NCBI GenBank assembly: GCA_951406725.2
Contig: OX597817.1
Location: 103,044,001 to 103,108,000 of the forward strand
Direction: 5' to 3'
DNA from: Octopus vulgaris
Lineage: Eukaryota
DNA length: 64,000 bases
Part shown: positions 53,058 through 64,000 of the stretch, piece by piece
Numbering within the stretch: position 1 is the first letter of the stretch
Layout: every line of letters starts with the position of its first letter
Notes under the pieces: generated by a model
What the model was told of the DNA's origin: nothing
What the model saw: only the letters and a program-made list of their open reading frames with translations
The model's database searches: none
Program-made: the position numbers and the translations under genes

Positions 53058-53939
53058 CAAAAGGCATGTGTGTGTTTACATGGCTGAGGTGAGCAGAAAT
53101 ATATATATATATATGTGAACCACTAAGCAAAGTCAATTTGTATGAAGCTCCCACCAACTTCACCAATTACTCCCTTAACTGAACTATGTCAACCTTTCAT
53201 CCCAACAAGATGTTCCTCCACACCAAACACCAGAGCAGAATAAGTACTTCAATTACAAGTCCACTACTTTCAAATGCAAAATACACTGCAACATTAATTT
53301 CACCAAAACCTAATTACAATCTCCTAAACACTCCTGTTTCCTTCCTCAAACCATTTTGGTTTTACTGTCATAACTTTCTCCTCTTCACCTCAGTTACAAA
53401 ACCTTGAGTGAATGAATATACCATGGGAAGGTGAGGGTTATCTAATCTTACAGCAAACAAAGCAACTCTAATACCTATCCTGTCCGGTCTATAAAATGGT
53501 CTGTAAAGATAATAGTACACTGTCTTTCCTATCAATTATTTAAAATACATATACAATTTTCATTTAATAATTTAATGTCCACTTTTCCATGCTTGTATGC
53601 TTGTATGGGTCAGACAGAATTTGAAGAGACATCTTTTTTACCACCAGATGCCATTCCTGCCACCAACTCTGACCTGTTTTCAAACAAGGTAATACTTCTC
53701 ATGGTCAAAAAAAAAAAAAAAAAAATTCATAGAAGACTGGAAACAAAATAAGATTGCTTTTATGAAGATGATGCTCATTTACAACAATTATGTGATGTCA
53801 AGACAAAAGGTACACATGCACACAAAGGATGAACTACAAAATCTACCCACAAGGTTTGGATTGGCTTGAGGTTATAATAGAAGACTCTTGCCCACGGTAC
53901 TATGCAGCTGAACTGAATACAAAACCACATGGTGTGTGA

Positions 53940-54290
53940 GTGTGTCTAAGTGGATTGAACATGTGGAGGAGGGAGACCCAGAATAAAGTACTGAAGGCTG
54001 ATCTCAAGACACTGAGCCTTACAAAGGAGATGACTAAGAACTGAGATACATGGCACATTGCTGTACTCAAAGAAGTACACAGCAGAATTGATACTGGTGT
54101 TGATGCCACATAAAAAGCACCCAATATGCTCTGTGGAGTGGTTAGTGTTAGGAAGGGCATCCAGTTGCAGAAACCATACCAGAACAGACAATGGAGCCTG
54201 GTATGGCCCTTGGTCTTACCAGCTCCAATGAAATCATCCAACCCATGTCAGTATGGAAAATGAATATTAAATGAGGATGATGATGATGAT
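53940..54290 (+). mobile_element. RTE 3' end fragment (similar plus-strand pieces at ~80-385, 49700-50130 and 63020-63520)
   Basis: GTTAGGAAGGGCATCCAG...CCAACCCATG..AGCATGGAAAA...(GAT)n shared with the RTE 3' UTR. Confidence 0.8.
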
Positions 54291-54677
54291 ATATAAAACA
54301 TCATCATGTAACATCTATCTTCACGACTGGCATGTATTGGATGGTTTGACAGAATACAATGGGTGAAAGGACTGCACAGTGCCTCAGTCTTTGCTTTGGT
54401 ATATTTTCTATTGCACTATGTCCTTTTATTGGAAACAAAAATGTGAGATCTGCAAGACTATGAACCCCTTTGACTGAATGGGATACAGTAGAGAGGGAGA
54501 TACAGTATGAAGGTAGGGGCCAAAACACATCCTCTAGAGGTGAAGATAATTCATAGAAATCAAGAATTTTTTTTTATGGTATATGATATATCTATCTGTA
54601 CTCTGCTGTTATGTGTGCTCATTTTACAAATATATTTAATATAATTTAATTTGGCGAAAGGAAACAATGACGTTACC

Positions 54678-54776
54678 AGCGAAGGTAAAGAATATGCACA
54701 CCCGGAGTTTGGGGTTAGGACTAGAGTTTAGAGTTACACCGAAAATGGATGGTGTGCGTATTCTTTACCTCTGCCG
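54678..54776. mobile_element. Tiny TIR element with an internal telomere-like repeat
   Basis: AGGTAAAGAATATGCACACC / GGTGTGCGTATTCTTTACCT flank GGGGTTAGGACTAGAGTTTAGAGTTA. Confidence 0.6.
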
Positions 54777-56690
54777 ACGATACCTACTAACATTTAAACT
54801 TGAATATAAATAGGGAGGGAATTTGATTAGCAACTCATCAGAACTAATTGGTTGAAACCACAGCTATTGTTTTTTGTTAATCTCATAAACCTATCGGTGC
54901 TGAATTGTTACACACTAAAATTTAATGGGTAAGACTGAGTTCCTATCGGAAAATAAATTGAATAGAAACCTCAACAAGATATTGTTTTCTTTGCTTTACT
55001 AAAATAATGAAATAATTAAAGATATTTCAAAAACAAATATAATTTTTAAGCTTATAATATCTATACATTCAAGTTTGCTTAACTTTGGTGCTTCGCATCA
55101 TAGATACTTTTAAATGTTTTTACTGCTAAATTGAAATTTTAGCATTATGTCGACTCGTTACCTGAGGTCAGTCGTATTATAACGTTGGTTTAATGATCTC
55201 ACAAGTTACAGACGACCATTCCGGTGGATTACACGACCTTTTTGTGTCTATAGTCTTGCTACAGGCAAACCAGCGAGTGCTTAATTGGTCAGCCTACGTA
55301 ACCAGAGAGGTGAAAAAAAAATCACCACTGTAAACAACAGGCGTTAAGCACTCCGTGACTGGCGAAACGTTTCGTTAGCTTACATAGCTGGACTCAAATT
55401 CTCTTTTTCTCGCACACCCCCGAGAAAATAAACGGTATAAATATGAAGTATTCAGTGAAATTCCAATAGGTTATAAATACTTACCTACAGCAACCCTTAG
55501 CAGTCAAAAAACATTTAGCAGTTATCAAGCAGCTTGTACCAAGACACATTTAAATGATTAAAATCTTCACTTAGATAGGGAACAGGTGTTCCCATAACGA
55601 ATAAGGCGTTTATCTAAGCTTACATCACAAAAAACTATTTTGACCGGCAAATAATTTTGTAAAACAATCCGAGAAAATTAACAGTGAATTGAGTCGGCAA
55701 AAGAGTAATAGTAAGTAATTCATCGGGTTAGATTGGAAAATCGAGGAATATAGAAAAACCATAGGTGTTGGTATAGAATTATGAATCAAAATTAAGATAC
55801 TCATTTTATTGTTAATCAAAAAATAAGCATAACAATTAAATTTCCCGATTAACGATAATATTAATCCAATAAATAGCATGACAAATATCAGTGAGAAAAG
55901 GCATGTACAAGCAATGAAATATTTTTACCGATTATTTGGTAATTTACAAGAATCAATTACGTCAGATTTCTTATAAAAATGAGTTTTAGAATGCAAAATA
56001 AGCTTACAGTTAAAAATAATAAGAATAGACAGTTTAATCAAAAAACAAACAACCAATTTTGAATATTTCGTTAGAAAAATACAGTATTTTCGCAAGATGC
56101 GCAAAGGAATGATGTATGGCTACACGATGGTATATTGAACATTTTCACGGAGCAAACAGCTTAAGTTATTGAAAATATGTTTGGTTATAGTACATACTAA
56201 AAGAAGAAATTACAATAATTACTTCTGATTTCTTCAAGTATAAGATATAGGATTATTGGAATTGTTAGTTCGATAAAAAGCATGGTTGTTAATTATTTTA
56301 CAGAACATTAGCAAGAGTACGTTCCCAGACTAGCAATTAGGCCATTCCAGAAAAAAAAAAAAGAAAAAGCATAGACAAGAACAGTTATTTTAATTATTAA
56401 AACATTAAACATATGTATGAACTTATAATTAAAACTAGCTAAAAAAAAATGTACCCTTTTTAAAGTCGTGTATTGCAAAAGTATTATTATTAAAGACAGA
56501 GAATTAATTCACAGGCTGCCTATGCAGCACTGTTCTATTTTTTCGACGGGAAGATTTGTAGTACAAAGCAAACATACAACACATAAATCCACGAGGAAAT
56601 GCACGGCAAGCAGAAGGCAAATGTAGCAGCCAAAATCACCGAACATGTTACATTCTTACAGGCAACTGTTACATGCTAACTGTACGTTAC

Positions 56691-56706
56691 CTTTCATCTT
56701 GGGCAT
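56691..56706 (-). CDS. Putative 16-nt first coding exon (MPKMK+G), paralogous to eIF1A exon 1
   Basis: taatATGCCCAAGATGAAAG|gtaa vs eIF1A taatATGCCAAAGAATAAAG|gtaa (21/24 identical); phase 1 matches the acceptors at 45933 and 17480. Confidence 0.65.
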
Positions 56707-56859
56707 ATTATAACACCTCGCTCCAAACTATGGAGCTGAGACATGAACAAGCAAACAACCCTCCAGTGCAATAGATGAATTATGGGAGATATTGTAGATT
56801 TATTTATTTCTTTTTAATTTCACTTTTCTTCCCCTTTTTCAGATGGTTTCTTGTGACAT

Positions 56860-56910
56860 TACCTGGTTCGTGTGTAGTGGCATTTTAAGGCGGAAGTTAC
56901 GTATTAGAAT
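56860..56910 (-). promoter_or_regulatory. Putative promoter with ETS-like site GCGGAAGTTAC
   Basis: Resembles the GGAAGTGAC site upstream of eIF1A exon 1, in the same orientation, within a CpG-richer, TE-poor stretch. Confidence 0.4.
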
Positions 56911-58490
56911 TATTAAAATTAATTTTGGAAATTATTAAAACAGATTTTTTCCTCTAGATATTACTTTCCAAAATGTTTACTAATCAAATTGTGGCTATAA
57001 TTTGTTAAAATCGTTGCTGATTACTAAATTACACATCTGTATAAAAGTGGGAGTATTTCTTTCATTAATAACCTACAAATAATTTTTATTCGAAAATACA
57101 TTTATCTCCGATACATTTTCCTTTCAAAACGTTTCTTCCTCCTTTCCCCAGTTTCTTATTATAAATTTGACCCATGTGAATTGAAACCTATTTAATTTAG
57201 AATATTCAAGATATACACGTCTCCGATAAGTATGAAGTATGCAACTACACGCACATATGTATGCATTGAATTAAATACAGTATCACGAACATTTTCAAAG
57301 ACAGGAAAAGGAACCTTGAAAGGATCTTAAAAAGGTTGGCTGTATGATGTATAAACTATAACTTGCAATATATTCTCAGAGCATTAACTACAAAATGTTT
57401 TCTTAAAAAGATAATTAAAAAATAACAGCAACCTATGAACTTGTTTGAATATGAAAATACAGGTTTTAACGAGAAAGCTTAAATTTTATTGATTTATTAA
57501 AATAAATCGTATTTTTAAAAATTTCGTTTCATATATAATATAAAGTTAATGATAAATAATTTAAAAAGGAGCATTTTGTTCGAGATCTTTCAGTTTGTAT
57601 TCTGCTTCATGAATGATTGTTATAGAAATTTTAATTTCTTCGAGACTTTGGTAAGGCCGTAAGATGAGCTCCAAGCAAACCGAGATTGTTGCGTGGTTTG
57701 ACTGGTCATTGATTCTATTCATACTGTTCGTCCTCCGAAAGGCGCAAACGCCATCTCTCATTTACCACTATAAATTCTCAGGTTTTTGTACTTTGTTAAT
57801 TAACAGAAACTATTGTTATGTATATGACAATGATGGAATAACAGAAAATGCTCTGCAGTACCGGACTAAAACACTTGGCAAAAAAAATTCGGAGAAAATG
57901 GGGAGGGGAACGGAAGTCTTTCCGTACGGCCCTCTTCGTGTCATTTCACCTGCTAGAAACAAGTCTAATATCCTTCAAATTATATTTTAGCGTATTGAAT
58001 TAATCAGGACTTATCGGACAGTCTTTATCCCCGAGAATAAAAAGGACAGAAGCTGGATGACAGATGATATTTGTCTATGTGTCTACTCGATCAAGGCTAA
58101 CCTGGTGATAACACAAATGGCCGGCAACATTTAATTAGGCCTATCTACGTTTTCAGTTCAAACACGACTAAGTCATCTTTGCCTGTCATTCCTCCGGAGT
58201 GAATAAATTAATTGTTGTTGTATTTTAGTTCCACCTTATCTCTGATCAAGTAAATCTACGACAAAGACATTACATCCGTGACCATCAAATCTGTTTAAAG
58301 GTTATCTAGGATAATCTAGCGTGCGCCCTTAGTAGGGTGTGATCCGACGGTGATTTAGCTCCCTTTTTTTCTCAGCTCCAGCGATCACGGAAAAGTTTTT
58401 GCGGGTCATAGAAAGGTATCTTGTTACTCATATATTCCTAGGATTATCTTTAATAAAAGAAATTTGTACTTCTTTAATGTTGCAAAAATG

Positions 58491-58897
58491 GGATCTTTTC
58501 GGTTTGAACGGCAGTTTTTAACATAATTTCTAGGTAACTAAAAAATTTTAAACTTCATATACTGGTAGAATGTGTTTATAAAACATCTTTTTCTATTGGC
58601 TTTATTGAGAAAATTCTATAGTTTGTAAGATATTTGTTTTTTTTCTGCAATTTCAACCAAACACTGACGTCTATTGAGGTAAAAAACATTCTGTGCCGTA
58701 TAAATATGTCCCTCGTTTAAGAAACTGATTGGGTTTATTTACATTTGTGAAGAAAAAAGATACCCTTCCCCCCATCCCTAACCCTAAAACAGATTGAAAT
58801 GCAATAGATTGATACTAGGGTCATAATTATGGGTGACAATTTCATATGACACCGCTAGAAAAAACTAGAAAAGTTAGACACCGCTAGAAAAGTTCCC
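58491..58897. mobile_element. MITE-like element with CCCTAA repeats and a scrambled right end
   Basis: Left end GGGATCTTTTCGGTTTGAACGGCAGTTTTT; right end has a duplicated ACACCGCTAGAAAA ending GAAAAGTTCCC. Confidence 0.55.
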
Positions 58898-59539
58898 AAA
58901 AATGCGACTGTTCTTTAATACAATCTGAGCACATACACATAGCTCTTGATAATGAACGAAGACAAAATTGTTCAAAATATTGGAATTTACTAAAGAAGCA
59001 GAAATGTTTTCTATTTGTAGTTGATAATATCAAGGAGTTTGTTTTCTCTCAAGAAGGTACAAAGGCTCTATGGTCTTAGTATTGAGGGATGTAGTGAGTT
59101 AAATCAAGGTCATAGATTAATGCATGCGAAGTGGTACATGGAGTTTACTTAGTAACCATATGGTTCTGAATTTCAGTGTCACTGTACAGCATTTCATACC
59201 CTAATTCAGGGCTGACCAATATTCTGTAAGTGGAATTTGGTAGTCATAAACTGTGCAGAAACTTTTCGCACACGTACACACGTACGTGCGCACACGGGTG
59301 TATGTGTGTGTGTGTTTTTCTTGGCCAAAAATAAACCTCGCAACTTAGCATTTGTTGAGAAGGGCATTGACAGAGGACCACAATTTGTAGTCTGATAGTC
59401 TTTAAGAAAACTGGATGAACGTGCAAACGTTCTATATGGATGCTATCAGCAAAGTGTGAATTATCAATGAACTCAGTAATTTAGTGTGCAAGTAAATGTT
59501 TCTAAAGCATGATTATCAACCCTTTGCTATTTATTATAG

Positions 59540-60650
59540 TTCTCTAATAACTAAGTCTGGCTGTCTATAGGAGCTTCTATATGCTGAAGACCTAATCCTT
59601 ACAGCAGAATCTGACAGATTTAGAAAAGTAATTATTCTATAATGGAAGTTAACCCTTCCGTTACTGTATTTATTTTGAGATGTTCTGTATTTCTTTCAAT
59701 TAATTTTAAATACAGCAAAGAATTTGGTGAAATAACTTAGTTATCATTAAGCTAATGTTAGGAACATAAATCGTGACTAATGTTTGGTAGAAGATTTTAA
59801 TTCAAAACTTATGAAAACAAGATATTTGTACTACAGAGTCAGAGCCGGTTTCAGCCGGGTTGGTAATGAAAGGGTTAAACATAGAATCAAAAGGCCTCAG
59901 GGTAAACTTGAAGTTCAGAGTTTTAGTTAGTAGGGAAGAAGATGTAATTCTGCTACCATCAGAGAAGTGGCCATGCTTGATATGCAGAAAAGAGATAGAT
60001 AAGAAGTTCTTACACTGTACACTATATGAATTTTTAGTGTACAAGAGATGTACTGTACAAGGATCACTGACAGGTTGAAGGTGAATAAACACTTTGTATG
60101 TAGCAGATGTACAGGAATAGTTGGGGTAGTTTCTTTCAATACATGGAAGACGCTATAGAAGTAGTTGATAGCTTCTCTTACCTAGACAACCTAATCAACA
60201 GTGGAAGCATGTTCAAGGAGTTATTACCTCAGCAGGCAATAAGGGGATTCTATGAATCAAAGGTGTTCTGTATGTTGCTGTATATGAAATGTAACACTGC
60301 AAGTTAGTGAGATGTAGGCACTGAACACAAGACGTGCAAAGGTTGGAGAGAAATGAAGCAAGCATATTTCACTGAATGTGTAATGTTATGATACAGATCA
60401 GCTGTAAGATAAACTAGATATACAAGATATAAGACTGCATTGGAGTGGACAGGTAGTGTAATAGATGAGTGATGTGCCAGAATATCGAAGTGGAAGAAAA
60501 CTGTAAAAGAGGAAGACCAAAGAAGACATGAACAACAGTGGTTAAAGCTAATCTCAAGATGTTGAACCCCACAAATGAGATGATAAAAGAATCTAACAAA
60601 TGTTGAGACACTAAAAGTGTGGAAAAGCTGTTGTAAAAAGATGATGATCA
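59540..60650 (+). mobile_element. Decayed RTE LINE 3' half with a TTAA MITE inserted at 59653-59874
   Basis: ELLYAED, ESKGLRVNL, KWPCLICRK, EVVDSFSYL and RGRPRKT motifs. Confidence 0.8.
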
Positions 60651-61129
60651 TCATATAAGTATGTTTCTCTGTATGTGTGTGTGTATAATGTATATTGATG
60701 ATAAATATAAACATTGGCAAAAAAAAAAAAAAAGGTAAAGTGATGTTTGCACTGAGTTATTCACACTCCCTGGTCATCTTCACCATATTCTTTCTGAATA
60801 TCAATGGCCCATTTCCCGTCACATCCAAGGCAGATTTTGATGCTGATGATACTACTACTACTACTACTATGTAACTTTATACTTGCAACCTAAACATTTA
60901 TACTGCTACTTAAATAAAGATGTTTTGAGTATTCTTTAATGGGGATATGGCAGCCAAGTCCTTTCAACAGCATACATACTCAATTACTAAACATGTCTTG
61001 AAAATAGTCTAGAGTCCCTTTCTCTCTAGCTATGAACAACACATAGCTAAAAACCTTAAATTCAGAACAAATATCAGGTCTCACAATTTCTGATGATCTC
61101 TTATGGTGGTCGCATACATATATAGTAAA

Positions 61130-61450
61130 GGGTGAAGAACCCCTTTGGTCATGAATGACCATGGGATTGCACCTAGAAAGTTATCCTCTGAGGTACAAGT
61201 CCAAGCAAGGTTGTTTATGGAAAACCGGCAGTCACCCATGCATACCAGCCTCCCCTCTCCATGCCACTGGTGTTATCCAAAGGAAACGTAAAGGTTGAAG
61301 CAGCTTGGCACCAGTAACATCACAACTCTTTTCTACAGCTGAGTGAACTAGAGCAATGTGAAATAAAGTGTCTTGCTGAAGAACACAGCAAACTCACTAC
61401 CTCATAATTGTGAGCCCGACACTTTAACCATTTGAGTCATGTGCTTTCAC
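61130..61450 (-). mobile_element. CORE-type SINE, family C
   Basis: Reverse complement contains a CORE-like GTGTTCTTCAGCAAGACACTTTATTTCACATTGCTC segment. Confidence 0.55.
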
Positions 61451-62898
61451 ATATACTATATAAGAATATCAAAACTATTTCACAAAGACTAGGATTTCTT
61501 GTTAGAGCCAGGAAATCACTCAGCTTTGACCAGTTGCTAGGCCATTTACAAAGCTAATATAAGGTCTGCATATATGTACCGTTTACTAAAATGTGAATGC
61601 AGACAGAGACAATGTGTCAAGAAACTTTGTATTACTTGATATCACTCACTTATTAATGCTTGATTGTGAATTGAAAGAAGGTTTATACAAAATAATTACC
61701 TCAAATTCCATAAATAAACTGAATAAGACAAATGTAAATGATGCTATAAGGTAAAAGCAAAAAGCAAAAGATCACAGTAATAAATTAAATGTGAATGACA
61801 GTAAAGATGTGAAAATGAAACATAACAGTATGAAGAAAACTGATTGTCATCATGGAGACACTGATACAAAACTAGTTAAAAGTGGTGGTAAGCATAATGA
61901 ATTAATACAAGCTCTGAAAAAAGAACATTGTGATATGAGCTGGAAGAAAAATGTTATCTTTCCTGGAATGTTTTACAAATAAGGAGAAACCAAAAAAGGA
62001 TCATAATATTGCAAATACTAAACAAAAAGGTGTAGAAAAACAATGCAAAAAAGTCTCCCAAAAATTGTGATTCAAAAAAGTCTTACTGAAACAAAAGAAA
62101 AATTGTGAAGATAAAGAAATTGTTTACCAAAAATATCTATCACATTCCAGTGATACAATTTCTCTTTCAGCTTCAAAGTTTAAAGTAATTTCCAAGTCAG
62201 TGGGAAAAAGAAAACAATAAAATAAAAATAACAGGTCTGACAGTTGAAAGGTTTATTGTTGTTTTGTGATATTTTATTTTTTCATATTGTCTATGCTTTT
62301 ATTGGCTGGGATATTTTAATAAATTCAATTACTTACATGTAATTTCAAAGTTAATATTTTTTTTCATTTTTTGAAAAAAATTTAATTAAATTGTGAAACA
62401 AAATCAGTGCCTAATTTTCATTTTGATGGACTATTGTTAGGGAAGTAATACATGCACTTTGGATGTAATAAGCATGAGTTGCATCATAACACAATCACTC
62501 AGCTTTTATATCTCTGTGAGGCTATTTGAACTATTGACATGTCAGTTGGTCTGTAGAAGAAAGTGCCAATGGCATGGATAAGTGGATCTCAACTGTTGAC
62601 TCTCCACTCAAGGCCTTCTACTGTGTATACTTGAGTTACATATACTAAAAGCGACCAAAGAATCGGTGAAAGGAATCTATGCTGATATATCCAAGATTTA
62701 AATTTGCCAGGAAGACTACACTATGCATGTGTGTGTGTGTAAACTGACAGACGACACACATAAAACTAAATGTAAATGAAGATGAATGATTTTATAAAGA
62801 TGATCAAGCACATATAGACATATAGAATGAGACATGGGATCCAGTTATGAATGTGTATATATATGTGTGTGTTTGTATATATATATATATGTGGATGA

Positions 62899-62946
<48 letters not shown>

Positions 62947-63545
62947 GCGAAATCTTTATTACAATCATGCGATCTTACATAGATGGGGACATAATAAGAC
63001 AGACAAATACAAAGAATGTTATATGTTCGCATGCACTGGACAGTGTGACCAGAACTGGCAAGATGGGGTCTGCACCAGACTCCAGTTTGATTTGGCATGG
63101 TTTCTACAGCTGGATGCCATTCCTAAAACCAACCACTTTATAATAATAATAATAATAATATATATATATGATCGATGCCAGGGACACTTGACAGGCTCCT
63201 GTGATGGTGGTACATAAAGAGTACTATTTGAATGTGGTTGATGCCAGTGCCCCCTGACTGGCTCCTGTGCTTGTAGCGCATAAAAAGCACTATCCGAATG
63301 TGATTGATGCCAGGATCGCTTGACAGGCTCCCGTGCTGGTGGCATGTAAAAACCACCCATTACACTCTCGGAGTGGTTGGCATTAGGAAGGGCATCCAGC
63401 TGTAGAAACATTGCCAGATCAGATTGGAGTCTGGTGCAGCCACTGACTTTCCAGACCTCAGTCAAACTGTCCAACCCATGCCAGCATGGAAAGCAAATGT
63501 TAAACGATGATGATGATGATGATATATATATATATGTGTGTGTGT

Positions 63546-63810
63546 GCAGGAGTGGCTGTGTGGTAGATGGAAACTGAAAGAAGCCCATATATATGTGTGT
63601 GTATGTGTATATGTTTGTGTGTCTGTCCTCCCACCATTTCTTGACAACTGATGCTGGTGTGTTTACACCCCTGTAACTTAGCGGTACGGCAAAAGAGACC
63701 AAGAGAATAAGTACTAGGCTTACAAAGAATAACTCCTGGGGGTTGATTTGTTTAACTAAATGGCAGTGCTCCAGCATGGCCGCAGTCAGATGACAAACAA
63801 ATAAAAGAAT
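63546..63810 (+). mobile_element. SINE family A, internally deleted
   Basis: GCAGGAGTGGCTGTGTGGTAG head fused to ATGGAAACTGAAAGAAGCCC...CAGCATGGCCGCAGTC tail. Confidence 0.8.
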
Positions 63811-64000
63811 ATAGACAAGGTGATTCAGAAGTCCCTTTTTCTTTCATATAAAGTAACTGACAGCCAAGCTGAGCATTTTTATGTACATCATTTCTTCCAA
63901 TCTCTTTATCCTACCTCAACTTTCCCCACTCCTCACTACTGTAATCATTTTCATTCTCTCTGCATTCGTTAATTATCCTGATCCCAGTTTTCACATTGAC

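Noticed and set aside
55478-55492. Minus-strand CTGTAG|GTAAGT (recursive splice site or extra exon)
   Set aside because: Weak pyrimidine tract and no coding support; cannot be judged without reads.
58946-58982. TTGATAA-T-GAAC...GTTC-AAAA hammerhead-like layout
   Set aside because: The catalytic G12 is absent and there is no stem I; could be chance.
62766-63777. ORFs up to 252 aa rich in YI/HT/CV repeats (also 10871, 13913, 16269)
   Set aside because: Translations of microsatellites and SINE/RTE UTRs.

Overview
AT-rich, repeat-dense eukaryotic genomic DNA. The SINE, RTE and Penelope families look like those of octopus/cephalopods (inference, not a database result). The window holds a complete six-coding-exon eIF1A gene on the minus strand (27526->7559, 143 aa). 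Upstream on the same strand is an intact, full-length mariner (DD34D-type) transposase ORF (44848-45932) that has lost two of its three catalytic aspartates, shows no visible TIRs, and begins at a strong phase-1 splice acceptor. About 10.8 kb further upstream is a near-copy of eIF1A exon 1 (ATG CCC AAG ATG AAA G|gtaac, 56706-56691) in a promoter-like region, and it splices in frame onto the transposase. The top candidate novelty is therefore a domesticated transposase gene apparently started by a duplicated eIF1A first exon, possibly with an alternative eIF1A isoform. The rest is TE debris (Tigger, Helitron, hAT, piggyBac, Tc1/maT, Gypsy, CR1, Tx1, RTE, Penelope, SINEs, MITEs) plus several fold-back palindromes carrying hammerhead-ribozyme-like cores. 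Repeat boundaries are approximate and were read by eye.
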